Below, in pieces: positions 48,467 through 58,235 of a stretch of DNA of 64,000 nt. A program made the translations under genes and the position numbers. The DNA is from an uncultured Candidatus Saccharibacteria bacterium. GTDB lineage: Bacteria; Patescibacteriota; CPR2; UBA1875; CAIMLA01. The stretch is from assembly GCA_964594415.1 (NCBI GenBank), contig CAZQLQ010000001.1:28850-92849 (forward strand), written 5' to 3'. Position 1 is the stretch's first letter. The number at the start of each line of letters is the position of its first letter. A model generated the notes under the pieces. That model had not been told where the DNA came from and did no database searches. It worked only from the letters and a program-made list of their open reading frames with translations.

Positions 48467-49669
48467 ATGAATATACTACTAAATACGAGGGACCTGTTAA
48501 ACGGGATTTTTGGACGTAAGAATTTCCAGTTCACTTTTTATTTATTGGCCTTTTTTATTATGATACTTGGTGCTAAAGGTGCATATAGCGACAGTTTTGT
48601 CGCTGTTGTTAATACTCCTGTAATTATTAAATATGACGATAAAAAAATTGATTTCGTATCAACGCAAAATACAGTAGGGGGTGCTATCCGTCAAAGCGGG
48701 ATAATATTTGGGGAGTACGATATTACCGAACCGCCCGTTGAATCAATTTTAACTGGAAAGAAAACTGAAATTAGGGTTATTCGAGCCGTACCAGTTCTCA
48801 TATCCGATAACAATCAGGAGCACATTGCTTATTCGGCATATTCTGAACCTAGCGAAATTTTAAAACAGTTGGATATTAATTTTTATCCAGAAGACAAAAT
48901 TTCTGCAGAGTTAATCCTTGATCCTGCTGAGTATAATGCAGCTGGTCAACTCCTTATTATTAAAAGAGCCCCCTCATACAAAGTAAATGTTGATGATGAA
49001 ACTAAGACTATTCGTAGTTGGGGTGGTACTATAGGAGATGTTTTATCTGATGGCCAAATATCTCTTGGCCAGAGGGACATCATCGAGCCTACGACAGAAT
49101 TAAGTTCATATAATATTTTAGAAATAAATATAACAAGGGTCAACACGGCAGACGTATGGGAAGAAAATATAATACCCTTCAGCACTATAACACAAAAAGA
49201 CTATAACATGTTCGAAGGACAAACCAGGATAACTCAAGAAGGAGTGAACGGTTCAAAAAAAGAGTTGATACATATTGTTTACCATAACGGCGTTGAAGTG
49301 GATAGAAGTGTAGTCTCTTCAGAGACAATCTCTTCGCCGACTACAGAAATTGTTATAAAGGGAGTGAAGCCCTATAATGCTGGGATGTGGTGGGATACGA
49401 TTGTTGCAGCAAGTAATATATATGGTGTTGATCCCTCTAAAATGTATAAAGTTATGATTTGTGAAAGCCATGGAAATCCCAATGCAGGGACATATTACAA
49501 AGGGTTATATCAATATTCCGCGAGTACGTGGGCAGGTGCTAGTAGCTTGTATCCTGGAGGAGTATATGCGGGAGCCGCGATTACTGACGGAACGGCTCAG
49601 ATATACGTAACAGCATGGAAAGTATCAAAGCAAGGCTGGAGTGCTTGGCCAACCTGTGGGTATATGTAG
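48467..49669 (+). CDS. RpfB/YabE-like cell wall protein (DUF348 x3, G5, lysozyme-like domain)
   Basis: TVGGAI..GI..D..EP repeats, G5 (IPF..QEGVNG), CESHGN catalytic Glu, GLYQY, GWSAWPTC. Confidence 0.88.
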   Translation: MNILLNTRDLLNGIFGRKNFQFTFYLLAFFIMILGAKGAYSDSFVAVVNTPVIIKYDDKKIDFVSTQNTVGGAIRQSGIIFGEYDITEPPVESILTGKKTEIRVIRAVPVLISDNNQEHIAYSAYSEPSEILKQLDINFYPEDKISAELILDPAEYNAAGQLLIIKRAPSYKVNVDDETKTIRSWGGTIGDVLSDGQISLGQRDIIEPTTELSSYNILEINITRVNTADVWEENIIPFSTITQKDYNMFEGQTRITQEGVNGSKKELIHIVYHNGVEVDRSVVSSETISSPTTEIVIKGVKPYNAGMWWDTIVAASNIYGVDPSKMYKVMICESHGNPNAGTYYKGLYQYSASTWAGASSLYPGGVYAGAAITDGTAQIYVTAWKVSKQGWSAWPTCGYM

Positions 49670-49726
49670 ATTCATATTCAAAAAAAGTGCTTATTCAAGT
49701 ATAATTAGGCCCGAAAGGGTTATTTT

Positions 49727-50560
49727 ATGGATCTAACTGATATTACAGATATCAAAAAAACGCTTAAGGCATTTGGAGTCCACAGTAGAAAAGAGCTTGG
49801 CCAGCATTTCTTAATTGATAGTACGGCACTTTCTAATATTATAGAAGCAGCGGACATCAGAAATGATGATACCATACTTGAGATTGGACCAGGGATGGGT
49901 ATTTTAACAAGAGAACTTTGTAGAAGAGCAAAAAGAGTCGTAGCTGTTGAATTAGATGAAGCAATGGTAGGGATAGTAAAGACGACTTGTATCAGGTATT
50001 CAAACCTAGAAGTAAAAAACCAGGATATAATGAAATATAATCCTTCAGATTTAGGCAGATACAAACTGGTTGCCAATCTCCCGTACTACATTACCTCGAT
50101 GGTTATAAGGCGTTTTTTGGAAACCGAGAACAAACCTGAAGAAATGGTAATACTTGTTCAAAAAGAAGTTGCAGAGAGGATATGTGCCAAGCCCTCAAGA
50201 ATGAGTATTCTTGCAGTTTCGGTACAATTTTATGGAGAGCCGACTATAATAGCAAAAGTTCCGCACTCCTCATTTTTCCCAACACCAGGTGTAGATTCTG
50301 CAATTCTCAAGATCAGGCTCTATACTAAGCCACTCTTTCCTAGCGTTGAGCCTGATATTTTTTTTCGAATTGTTAAGGCAGGCTTTAGCGAGAAGAGGAA
50401 GCAGCTAATAAACTCAATTTCTGGGGGGCTAAACATTAGCAGGGATTTTACCGAGAAGCTTCTGTCCGAAGCAGGAATAGATATGATGGCCAGAGCAGAA
50501 TCGCTTTCTATGATTGATTGGCACAATCTTTACAAGGTTTATATGCGAAATAAAGTTTAA
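49727..50560 (+). CDS. rsmA: 16S rRNA m6,2A dimethyltransferase
   Basis: LGQHFL, LEIGPGMG, VANLPYYIT, QKEVAER. Confidence 0.97.
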   Translation: MDLTDITDIKKTLKAFGVHSRKELGQHFLIDSTALSNIIEAADIRNDDTILEIGPGMGILTRELCRRAKRVVAVELDEAMVGIVKTTCIRYSNLEVKNQDIMKYNPSDLGRYKLVANLPYYITSMVIRRFLETENKPEEMVILVQKEVAERICAKPSRMSILAVSVQFYGEPTIIAKVPHSSFFPTPGVDSAILKIRLYTKPLFPSVEPDIFFRIVKAGFSEKRKQLINSISGGLNISRDFTEKLLSEAGIDMMARAESLSMIDWHNLYKVYMRNKV

Positions 50561-50577
50561 TATTTAGGAAAAGGATT

Positions 50578-50850
50578 ATGAAAAGATACAAGATACAAGT
50601 TTTTGGTGACGTTCAGGGTGTTTTCTATCGTCATATAATATCTGATAAGGCCAAGCAATTAAATTTAAATGGTTGGTGCAGAAACGAGCCAGATGGGAGT
50701 GTTTTTATAATCATAGAAAGTGACAATGAAGCGAAAATGAAGAATTTTTTAAAAGCTTGTAAAAAAGGATCACCTCTTTCAAATATAGAGCGTGTTGATA
50801 TGGAAGAGGAGGATTACCTGGAAGACCTAGAAGGTTTTGAAGTCAGATGA
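50578..50850 (+). CDS. acyP: Acylphosphatase
   Basis: GDVQGVFYR, GWCRNEPDGSV. Confidence 0.93.
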   Translation: MKRYKIQVFGDVQGVFYRHIISDKAKQLNLNGWCRNEPDGSVFIIIESDNEAKMKNFLKACKKGSPLSNIERVDMEEEDYLEDLEGFEVR

Positions 50851-51512
50851 AGGGGTCTTTATATATTGTTTCTACGCCTATTGGAAATTTGGGCGATATA
50901 ACCTTGAGGGCAGTCGAAACCTTCAAGAAAGTCGATTTGATAGCATGTGAAGATACGAGACATTCACTTGGTCTACTTAACCATCTTGAAATAAAAAAGC
51001 CGCTAATAAGTTTTCACCAGTTTTCCGGAATTTCTAAGGTTGAAAAACTACTAGAGTTATTGAATGAAGGAAAGAGTATTGCATTGATTTCAGATGCAGG
51101 AACGCCAGGCGTGAGTGATCCGGGGGAGCAAATTATTAAGGCTGCTATTAATGAAAATATTAATGTAATTCCGGTACCGGGAGTCTCGGCTGCAATTACG
51201 GCTCTTTCTGTTTCTGGAATTGATACAAGTGAATTTATTTTTATCGGTTTTTTGCCGCATAAAAAAGGTAGACAGACAAAGCTTAAAGAATTAGCTCTCG
51301 AAAAGCGAACAATTATTTTGTACGAATCGCCGTTTAGAGTCAAAAAAATGTTGAATGAATTATTAGAATTTTTCGGTGACAGGAAGGTTTGTGTATCAAG
51401 AGAGCTTACGAAAAAATTTGAGGAAACGCTGCGCGGAAAGATTTCTGAGGTTTTACCACAAATAAAAGAAAAAGGCGAATTTGTAGTTGTTGTAGAGGCC
51501 AGAAATGATTAA
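50847..51512 (+). CDS. rsmI: 16S rRNA C1402 2'-O-methyltransferase
   Basis: TPIGNLGDIT, CEDTR, SDAGTPGVSDPG, YESP, RELTK. Confidence 0.97.
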   Translation: MKGSLYIVSTPIGNLGDITLRAVETFKKVDLIACEDTRHSLGLLNHLEIKKPLISFHQFSGISKVEKLLELLNEGKSIALISDAGTPGVSDPGEQIIKAAINENINVIPVPGVSAAITALSVSGIDTSEFIFIGFLPHKKGRQTKLKELALEKRTIILYESPFRVKKMLNELLEFFGDRKVCVSRELTKKFEETLRGKISEVLPQIKEKGEFVVVVEARND

Positions 51513-51588
51513 GGTGCGGGAATACTATTTAAGACTCCCGAACAATTCCAAAATGATTTAAAATCTATACTAGACGAGGAGAATAATC

Positions 51589-53061
51589 ATGCAGAATAAA
51601 TATTTTTATGTAACAACCCCAATATATTATGTGAATGCGGCACCGCATTTAGGCAGTGCCTATACGACTATAGCTGCAGACGTTTTGGCTAGGCATTATC
51701 GATCTAAATACGGAAAAGAAAATGTTTTTTTTATGACTGGAACTGACGAACATGGAGCAAAAATACAGGAAATAGCCGAAAAAGCAGGCAAGTCACCCAA
51801 AGAGTTTACGGACGAAATCTCGGAAGAATTTAAGAAAGCCTGGAAAAACTTGAATATTAATTACGATTATTTTATTCGCACCACTGATAAGCATCACGAA
51901 GATGCTGTTGCAAAGATTACTCAACAACTTTATGATCAAGGCGATATTTACAAAGGAAATTACCAGGCGCTTTATTGCGTAGGTTGTGAGCAGTATAAGA
52001 CCAAATCAGAGCTTGTTGACGGCAAAATTTGTCCTGACCATAACCGCGAATGTGAAATTCACGAAGAAGAGGCGTATCTTTTCAAGCTTTCGAAATATGA
52101 GGATCGGCTTAAAGAGTTGATAGAAAAAGACGAGATCTTGATTCGTCCCGAAACACGTAAGAACGAGATTCTTTCGTTTATTCGAGGTGGTCTTGAAGAT
52201 GTTGCGGTTTCTAGGAAAAAGGAAAATGTATCATGGGGAGTTGATCTTCCTTTTGACAAAAATCATACGGTCTATGTTTGGATAGATGCGTTCTTAAATT
52301 ATCTTACGGGCTTGGGTTGGCCAGAAGACACTGCAAAATCTGATAATTTTTGGCCGGCAGATGTTCAATTGATGGCAAAGGATATAATTCGCGTACATTC
52401 GACAATTTGGCAGGCGATGCTTCTAGCTCTCGGATTGCCTACGTCTAAACAGCTTTTTGTCCACGGTTATTTTACGGTAAATGGCAAGAAGATGAGTAAA
52501 ACTCTCGGCAACGTACTCGAACCAAATGCCCTTGTTGAAAAATTTGGTGCAGATGCGGTTCGATATGCAGTTCTAAGAGAATTCCCATTCGGAACAGATG
52601 GCGATGTTTCGGAAGAAAAAATCGCGGATAGATATAACTATGATTTAGCGAATGGGGTCGGAAATTTATTGCAGAGGACAATTGTTTTAGTTAATAAATT
52701 TAATATTCCAGTAACAAATAAAAAGATGGAGCTTGTAGGGAACGATGTGGGGGGTACTTGGAAACACAAAGATGAAATTAACAATATGATAGAAAATCTT
52801 GATTTCTCCAATGCTCTTTTTGATATCTGGACGTATTATATAAAACCAGCTAATGAGCTAATGGAAACCGAAAAACCATGGGAGTTGGCAAAGACTGACA
52901 TAGAAGGGGCAACGAAGGTTCTTGATTATTGTATGAAAAATCTAAATACTATTTCTGAGTTGATTGCACCATTTATGCCAGATACTTCAGAGAAAATGAA
53001 AAAACAGTTAGAAACATTAGTGCCTGAGCCATTATTTCCAAGATTACAAAAGGAGGAGTAA
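51589..53061 (+). CDS. metG: Methionine-tRNA ligase (short form)
   Basis: TTPIYYVN..PHLG, GTDEHG, YVWIDA, KMSKT. Confidence 0.97.
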   Translation: MQNKYFYVTTPIYYVNAAPHLGSAYTTIAADVLARHYRSKYGKENVFFMTGTDEHGAKIQEIAEKAGKSPKEFTDEISEEFKKAWKNLNINYDYFIRTTDKHHEDAVAKITQQLYDQGDIYKGNYQALYCVGCEQYKTKSELVDGKICPDHNRECEIHEEEAYLFKLSKYEDRLKELIEKDEILIRPETRKNEILSFIRGGLEDVAVSRKKENVSWGVDLPFDKNHTVYVWIDAFLNYLTGLGWPEDTAKSDNFWPADVQLMAKDIIRVHSTIWQAMLLALGLPTSKQLFVHGYFTVNGKKMSKTLGNVLEPNALVEKFGADAVRYAVLREFPFGTDGDVSEEKIADRYNYDLANGVGNLLQRTIVLVNKFNIPVTNKKMELVGNDVGGTWKHKDEINNMIENLDFSNALFDIWTYYIKPANELMETEKPWELAKTDIEGATKVLDYCMKNLNTISELIAPFMPDTSEKMKKQLETLVPEPLFPRLQKEE

Positions 53062-53065
53062 ATAT

Positions 53066-54262
53066 ATGTTGTTGGGCGAACATCAAGATACGCATCACCA
53101 TCTTTTTAGAATTAGATTCACAGAGCTAAACGAAATTTACACAGTAATGAGCTTGCGTTCATTTGCGCTCTCGATGATAGGTATTTTCGTCCCTATTTAT
53201 CTTTTCAGTAACGGTTACGGACTTAGGCAGATTTTTGCTTTCTATCTATCACTCTATTTTATAGAATTTTTATTTGAGTACTTTTCGGCACGCTTAATTA
53301 TAAAATTTGGTCCGTTACACGTGGTCGCGTTCAGCTTTCCGTTCTTGATTACTTACTATTGGCTCCTAAAAACCTTAAATGTATATCATTGGCCATTGTT
53401 CATAATTGTGTTTAGTTGCGCAATTACTCTTAGTTTTTTCTGGCAAGCCTATCATTATGATTTTTCAAAAACAAAACATAGTAATAAAGCTACTAGTGAT
53501 GTGAGCAGGTTATATATAATATTAGCGATCCTGGGAACAGTCGGGCCTTTAGTTGGTGGTTTTGTAGCAACGAGCTATGGTATTTCTACCTTATTTACTA
53601 TTGTTATCACGATTCTCTTAGTTGCGATTATTCCTTTACTCAATTCGGATCAGAGTCATAAACAAACTAAGTTCAATTTAAAGAAAATTAAAATAAAAAA
53701 CATCAAAAGGGATCTTATTTCTTATGCTGGGAACGGAATGGAAGGAGCTACAGCGGCAGTAGTTTGGCCGATTTTTGTTTTTTTGATTGTGGGAAGCTAT
53801 CAAAAAGTAGGTATCGTTACTTCTGCAGCGTTAATTCTTACTGTTATTATTACTTACACCGTTGGGAAAAAAGCAGATATGAGCAATCGTCATAAGTATA
53901 TCAGGATAGGAAGTACGCTGAATGGAATTGTTTATTTTTTACAAACGCTAGCTAGTACAATTGTTCATGTTTTCGTTTTCAATCTTTTGGGCAGTATAGT
54001 CGGGTCTATTAAGGCTGCGCCGTATACTTCCGAATATTATTTACACGCAGATGAAACAAGCAGATCTGAGTATGTTTTTCTAATGGAATCAGTCATTGAT
54101 ATTTCAAGGGTTTTATATTTTGCTATTCTTTTTTCCTTGACTTTTGTTTTTCCTGAACAAAAAACCATTTTAATTATTGGCTTAATCCTAGGTGGTTTTG
54201 GCGCTTTCCTTTTAGGTTTAATGCCTCCTGCGAATAGCGAGAAAAAAAATGAAGCTAATTGA
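53066..54262 (+). CDS. MFS-type membrane transporter
   Basis: About 12 TM in two halves; GPLVGG. Confidence 0.75.
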   Translation: MLLGEHQDTHHHLFRIRFTELNEIYTVMSLRSFALSMIGIFVPIYLFSNGYGLRQIFAFYLSLYFIEFLFEYFSARLIIKFGPLHVVAFSFPFLITYYWLLKTLNVYHWPLFIIVFSCAITLSFFWQAYHYDFSKTKHSNKATSDVSRLYIILAILGTVGPLVGGFVATSYGISTLFTIVITILLVAIIPLLNSDQSHKQTKFNLKKIKIKNIKRDLISYAGNGMEGATAAVVWPIFVFLIVGSYQKVGIVTSAALILTVIITYTVGKKADMSNRHKYIRIGSTLNGIVYFLQTLASTIVHVFVFNLLGSIVGSIKAAPYTSEYYLHADETSRSEYVFLMESVIDISRVLYFAILFSLTFVFPEQKTILIIGLILGGFGAFLLGLMPPANSEKKNEAN

Positions 54263-55049
54263 TTCCCACGCTCATCTAGATTTCTCTGATTTCACAGAGG
54301 ATTTGGATTTGGTTATCAATAGGGCTAGAGATCTTGGGATTGAGAAAATAATAAATATTGGTGCCGATCTTGAGCGGAGCAAGAAGTCAATCCAAATTGC
54401 AGATAAATACGAAAACATTTGGGCAACAATCGGTATTCATCCGGAGGAAGCTCATAAAATAAAAATTGATGATTCACTAGTTGGTCTTGAAAAAATGCTA
54501 GAAACTTCAAATAAAGTGGTTGCGATTGGCGAGTGCGGATTAGATTACTTCTGGTCTGAGAAAAAAGATGAGAACAACAATATAAAGAATCTTCAAAAAA
54601 GATTATTTGAAGGCCATTTGGAATTGGCCTCGAAGCGTAATTTGCCTGTTGTTATTCATATTAGAAATGGTGGGGATGATTCTGCGGCAGAAGAAGCATA
54701 CGATATCCTGTCTTTGAGTAATGTACATAGCGGAGTTGTACATTGTTTTACGTTGAGTAGTGATTGGGCAAAAAAGTTTATAAATTTGGGTTTTTACATT
54801 GGTTTTACAGGAATTATTACTTATAAGAATACTGATTCCATAAAAAACGCTGCTAGTCAGTTGCCGATAAGCAAAATATTAATTGAGACAGATTGTCCTT
54901 TTCTGGCCCCACAGGCTTTTAGGGGCAAGAGAAATGAGCCAGCTTATGTCGTTGAAGTGGCAAAAAAAATTGCTGAAATAAAAGATATTAGCCTAGAAGA
55001 GGTTGGTGAGGCAACTTCAAAAAATGCTGAGGATTTATTTGATATTTAA
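54249..55049 (+). CDS. tatD: TatD family DNase
   Basis: DSHAH, GIHP, IGECGLDY, HCF, ETDCPFL, RNEP. Confidence 0.95.
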   Translation: MKLIDSHAHLDFSDFTEDLDLVINRARDLGIEKIINIGADLERSKKSIQIADKYENIWATIGIHPEEAHKIKIDDSLVGLEKMLETSNKVVAIGECGLDYFWSEKKDENNNIKNLQKRLFEGHLELASKRNLPVVIHIRNGGDDSAAEEAYDILSLSNVHSGVVHCFTLSSDWAKKFINLGFYIGFTGIITYKNTDSIKNAASQLPISKILIETDCPFLAPQAFRGKRNEPAYVVEVAKKIAEIKDISLEEVGEATSKNAEDLFDI

Positions 55050-55093
55050 TAGTTGTTTTTTATCGTTTATAATTTAGAAAATGGGGGATAACT

Positions 55094-55927
55094 ATGGATG
55101 AAAGAAAAGGGGAAACTATTGAGCAGATAATGCGCAGGGATGAATCTGAAGAATTAAGAAAAATTAATAAGGTTAAGGCAAAAAAAGGGCTTTCGGGTAT
55201 TTGGGTTTCAATTATTTCTGTTGCTATAACTCTAGCTGTTGTTGCAGGCGGCTATTTCGGTTGGCAGTATTATGGCAAGCAAAAGGGAGATGTTTCCGCA
55301 ACAACAACTACTACTACTTCTACTACAATCGATATAGAATCTTCAACGACTACTACGACAAAAGTATCCGAAACGAACAGCATTATCTATGTTAATACAA
55401 CGGACGGTTTGCGTTTAAGAGCTACCGCCTCAACTTCTGCTGAAATATTAGAAACAATGCCTTTTGGTGCGAAGTTAACTTTAGCCGAAACTAGCGGCGA
55501 ATGGTCAAAGGTTACTCATGGCAGTAAAACAGGTTGGTGTATGACGGCTTATACTTCAAAGACAAATCCTCTTATTTTTAACAATACTGACTATGGATTT
55601 CGTCTAACTTTCCCGGAATCTTGGTATAGTGTTGATCTAACCAAAAGAACAACTGTAGATTCTGGCGCGACTGCATATTTTGATGCGTTTTTATCCACGA
55701 GCGATACTACTTGGGATTCTGGCTTGGGAAAATCATCTATGTTTGTAATTGGGATTTACACAAAAACACAGTGGGCGGTGGTTTCGGCGGGGGAAATTAA
55801 GCCTGGACTTCTTGGGGAGGGATCTAATTATGTTTATACATATTCTCCTTCGCAAGCTACGCCTAGTGATTTAATGAGTAAAAGAGATGATATAAATAAT
55901 ATTGTTAAAACATTTGAGGTATTGTAA
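55094..55927 (+). CDS. Membrane-anchored SH3b domain protein with Thr stalk
   Basis: TM, poly-Thr, GLRLR..WSKV..TGW, YGFRLTFPESW. Confidence 0.82.
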   Translation: MDERKGETIEQIMRRDESEELRKINKVKAKKGLSGIWVSIISVAITLAVVAGGYFGWQYYGKQKGDVSATTTTTTSTTIDIESSTTTTTKVSETNSIIYVNTTDGLRLRATASTSAEILETMPFGAKLTLAETSGEWSKVTHGSKTGWCMTAYTSKTNPLIFNNTDYGFRLTFPESWYSVDLTKRTTVDSGATAYFDAFLSTSDTTWDSGLGKSSMFVIGIYTKTQWAVVSAGEIKPGLLGEGSNYVYTYSPSQATPSDLMSKRDDINNIVKTFEVL

Positions 55928-56125
55928 ATGAGTAAAATTGATCTTGAAACTCTAGAAAAAGAAGTAACAACTTGCGAGTCGCTATCAAAGAATAGTGAGT
56001 GTAAGTGGGGAAAATGCAAGGACTGCGGTGTGGTTCCGTTACTCTATAAATTGGGTATAGACAGATTATTGGAAGAACCTGAAGATATTTTAGAGGCGAA
56101 AAGACGGCATCTAACTGATATATAA
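55928..56125 (+). CDS. Small Cys-rich hypothetical protein
   Basis: C-x8-CKWGKCKDCG; ATG abuts the upstream TAA. Confidence 0.65.
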   Translation: MSKIDLETLEKEVTTCESLSKNSECKWGKCKDCGVVPLLYKLGIDRLLEEPEDILEAKRRHLTDI

Positions 56126-56128
56126 TTC

Positions 56129-56175
56129 TTGACAAATGTTACCTTAAAAGTTACCCTAGATGTAGGGTAACTTTT
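56129..56175 (+). promoter_or_regulatory. Promoter overlapped by a 13-bp-arm palindrome (operator and/or terminator)
   Basis: TTGACA 56129, 17 bp, TACCCT 56152; AAAAGTTACCCTA-GATG-TAGGGTAACTTTT at 56146-56175. Confidence 0.6.
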
Positions 56176-56191
56176 TATTTGAGGAAAAAAA

Positions 56192-56419
56192 ATGAAGGAA
56201 AAATTTATAACAACAAATGAGCTTGCCAATGATGCTTCAAAGATTTTGCGTAACTTAAAAAAAGGCGAAGGGACAGTAATCTTAAGGTATTCAGAACCGG
56301 TAGGCGTGCTTATATCTTACGAAGATTATAAGAGGATTGAAAATTTAGAAGTTGAGTTTATTCAAGAATGCAAAACATGTTTGGCCAATACCAAGAGAAT
56401 GAGAAAGGATTTAGAATAA
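56192..56419 (+). CDS. Phd/YefM-fold protein with C-terminal CxxC
   Basis: FITTNEL..ASKIL..GTVILRYSEPVGVLISYEDY, then ECKTC; GAGG RBS. Confidence 0.8.
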   Translation: MKEKFITTNELANDASKILRNLKKGEGTVILRYSEPVGVLISYEDYKRIENLEVEFIQECKTCLANTKRMRKDLE

Positions 56420-57639
56420 TGATTTATATGGATCATGCAGCCACTACGCCAGTCAGTAAAAAGGTTTTTGAGGAAATGGAGCCTTATTTTTCTAAGTTTT
56501 TTGGTAATGCTTCGAGCGTGTATTCTGTAGGCTGTAAAGCAAGAGCAGTTGTAGAAAATTCTCGCGAAAAAATTGCTGGCTTGATTGGTGCTGAAAAACC
56601 GGGAGAAGTTATTTTCACAAGCGGGGCAACTGAAGCAAACAATTTGGCAATAAAAGGTGTAGCTTTTTATGTATCACAAGTCTTGAAGAAAAAACCGCAT
56701 ATCATTATTTCTTCAATTGAACATCATTGTGTTTTGGATACTGCGAAATACCTTGAAAAGTATTTTGGCTTTGAGGTAACATATTTGCCGGTGAATAAAG
56801 AAGGGGTTGTCGACCTAGAATTTTTGAAAAATTCAATAAAAGACAACACGGTAATGGTTTCTGTTATGTACGGGAACAATGAAATGGGGGCAGTAGAACC
56901 GATTGCTGAAATTGGGAATATTGTAAAAGAAGCGAAAGAAAAGAGAAAAGAAGAAGATTCATTGCCAATTATTTTTCATACCGATGCGGTTCAGGCATTT
57001 CAGTACATCGATATCGATGTGAATAAGCTTGGCATAGATATGCTTTCTCTTACAGCTCATAAATTTTATGGCCCTAAAGGCATTGGAATTTTATACGTGA
57101 AGGATGGAGTTAGATTTTTGCCGCAACAGCAAGGGGGTTCTCAAGAGCAGGGACGTAGAGCAGGTACCGAAAATGTTCCCTACATTGTCGGAATGTCTAC
57201 CGCGATGCAGGAAGCTGTGAGAAACCGTAAAAAAAGCACAGAGGAAGTAAAAAAACTTAGAGATTATATGATAAAAAGAATTCTTACAGAGATACCAAAT
57301 GTCGAACTTATTGGGCCAAAAGATGCTGAAAACAGATTGCCGCACATTTCAAATTTTTTATTCAAAGGAGTTGAGGGCGAGTCTATTCTTCTCAATCTGG
57401 ATATATTCAGTATATGTGCGTCATCTGGTTCTGCCTGCACATCCGGATCGTTGGAATCTTCTCACGTGACAAGAGCGATGGGGTATTCTCATATGGAGTC
57501 ACATGGTGCTATCCGTTTCAGCTTTGGTGCTCTTTCCAGCGAAGACGACATAGACAAACTAATGCAGTATTTGCCGAATATCGTAGAAAAATTAAGGGCG
57601 ATGAGCCCGATAAAAGGAGATATATGCCAATCGCAATAA
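56419..57639 (+). CDS. iscS: Cysteine desulfurase (IscS/NifS type)
   Basis: YMDHAATTP, FTSGATEANN, HTDAVQ, TAHKFYGPKG, SSGSAC; ATG 56419 in TAATG. Confidence 0.95.
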   Translation: MIYMDHAATTPVSKKVFEEMEPYFSKFFGNASSVYSVGCKARAVVENSREKIAGLIGAEKPGEVIFTSGATEANNLAIKGVAFYVSQVLKKKPHIIISSIEHHCVLDTAKYLEKYFGFEVTYLPVNKEGVVDLEFLKNSIKDNTVMVSVMYGNNEMGAVEPIAEIGNIVKEAKEKRKEEDSLPIIFHTDAVQAFQYIDIDVNKLGIDMLSLTAHKFYGPKGIGILYVKDGVRFLPQQQGGSQEQGRRAGTENVPYIVGMSTAMQEAVRNRKKSTEEVKKLRDYMIKRILTEIPNVELIGPKDAENRLPHISNFLFKGVEGESILLNLDIFSICASSGSACTSGSLESSHVTRAMGYSHMESHGAIRFSFGALSSEDDIDKLMQYLPNIVEKLRAMSPIKGDICQSQ

Positions 57640-58235
57640 ATTATAAAATTTGTGACAATTTCTCTGAGTGTCCATGTATAGCAGCTTGCCCTTGCGACGT
57701 GATTTACTATGATGAAATAAAGGGGAAATTAGTAGCCGATAACAGTAAATGCAAGTCTTGCGGCAAATGTGTTGGGGCGTGTGAGATTGGTGCAATTTCA
57801 TTAGCAAAAACCGATGAAGAGCTAACGACAATTTTAAAAGAGATAGAAGACGATCCTAGAAAAGCTTCGGATTTATTTGTCGATAGGTACGGTGCCCAGC
57901 CGATTCTTGAAACATTTTTAATAGAAGAAATAAATTTAGAAAAGAGATTAGACAATACTAATAAATTGGTTGTGGTTGAGCTATTTGACGAAAACTCGAT
58001 CCAATGCCTACTTCACTCAATACCGATAAAAGACTTATTTGACATAGAAGATTATGAGTATTATAGAGTTGAGATAAAGAATAGTGATCTTACAAGCAAA
58101 TATTCAGTAAAAAATTTGCCTTCACTGTTATTCTTTAAAAAGGGGAATCTGTTTGACAAAATTGAGGGATATTATGCCGATACTCAAGTAAATGAGTTTA
58201 AGCAAAAAATTAAAACTATCGTTAAGGAAAGATAA
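57624..58235 (+). CDS. 4Fe-4S dicluster ferredoxin fused to a thioredoxin-like domain
   Basis: CDNFSECPCIAACP, CKSCGKCVGAC; VVELF..SIQC..YSVKNLPSLLFFKKG; AAGGAG RBS before ATG 57624. Confidence 0.85.
   Translation: MPIAINYKICDNFSECPCIAACPCDVIYYDEIKGKLVADNSKCKSCGKCVGACEIGAISLAKTDEELTTILKEIEDDPRKASDLFVDRYGAQPILETFLIEEINLEKRLDNTNKLVVVELFDENSIQCLLHSIPIKDLFDIEDYEYYRVEIKNSDLTSKYSVKNLPSLLFFKKGNLFDKIEGYYADTQVNEFKQKIKTIVKER

Noticed and set aside
56192-56419. Conventional type II toxin-antitoxin pair
   Set aside because: No RelE, Doc or PIN-like ORF adjacent; the next gene is iscS
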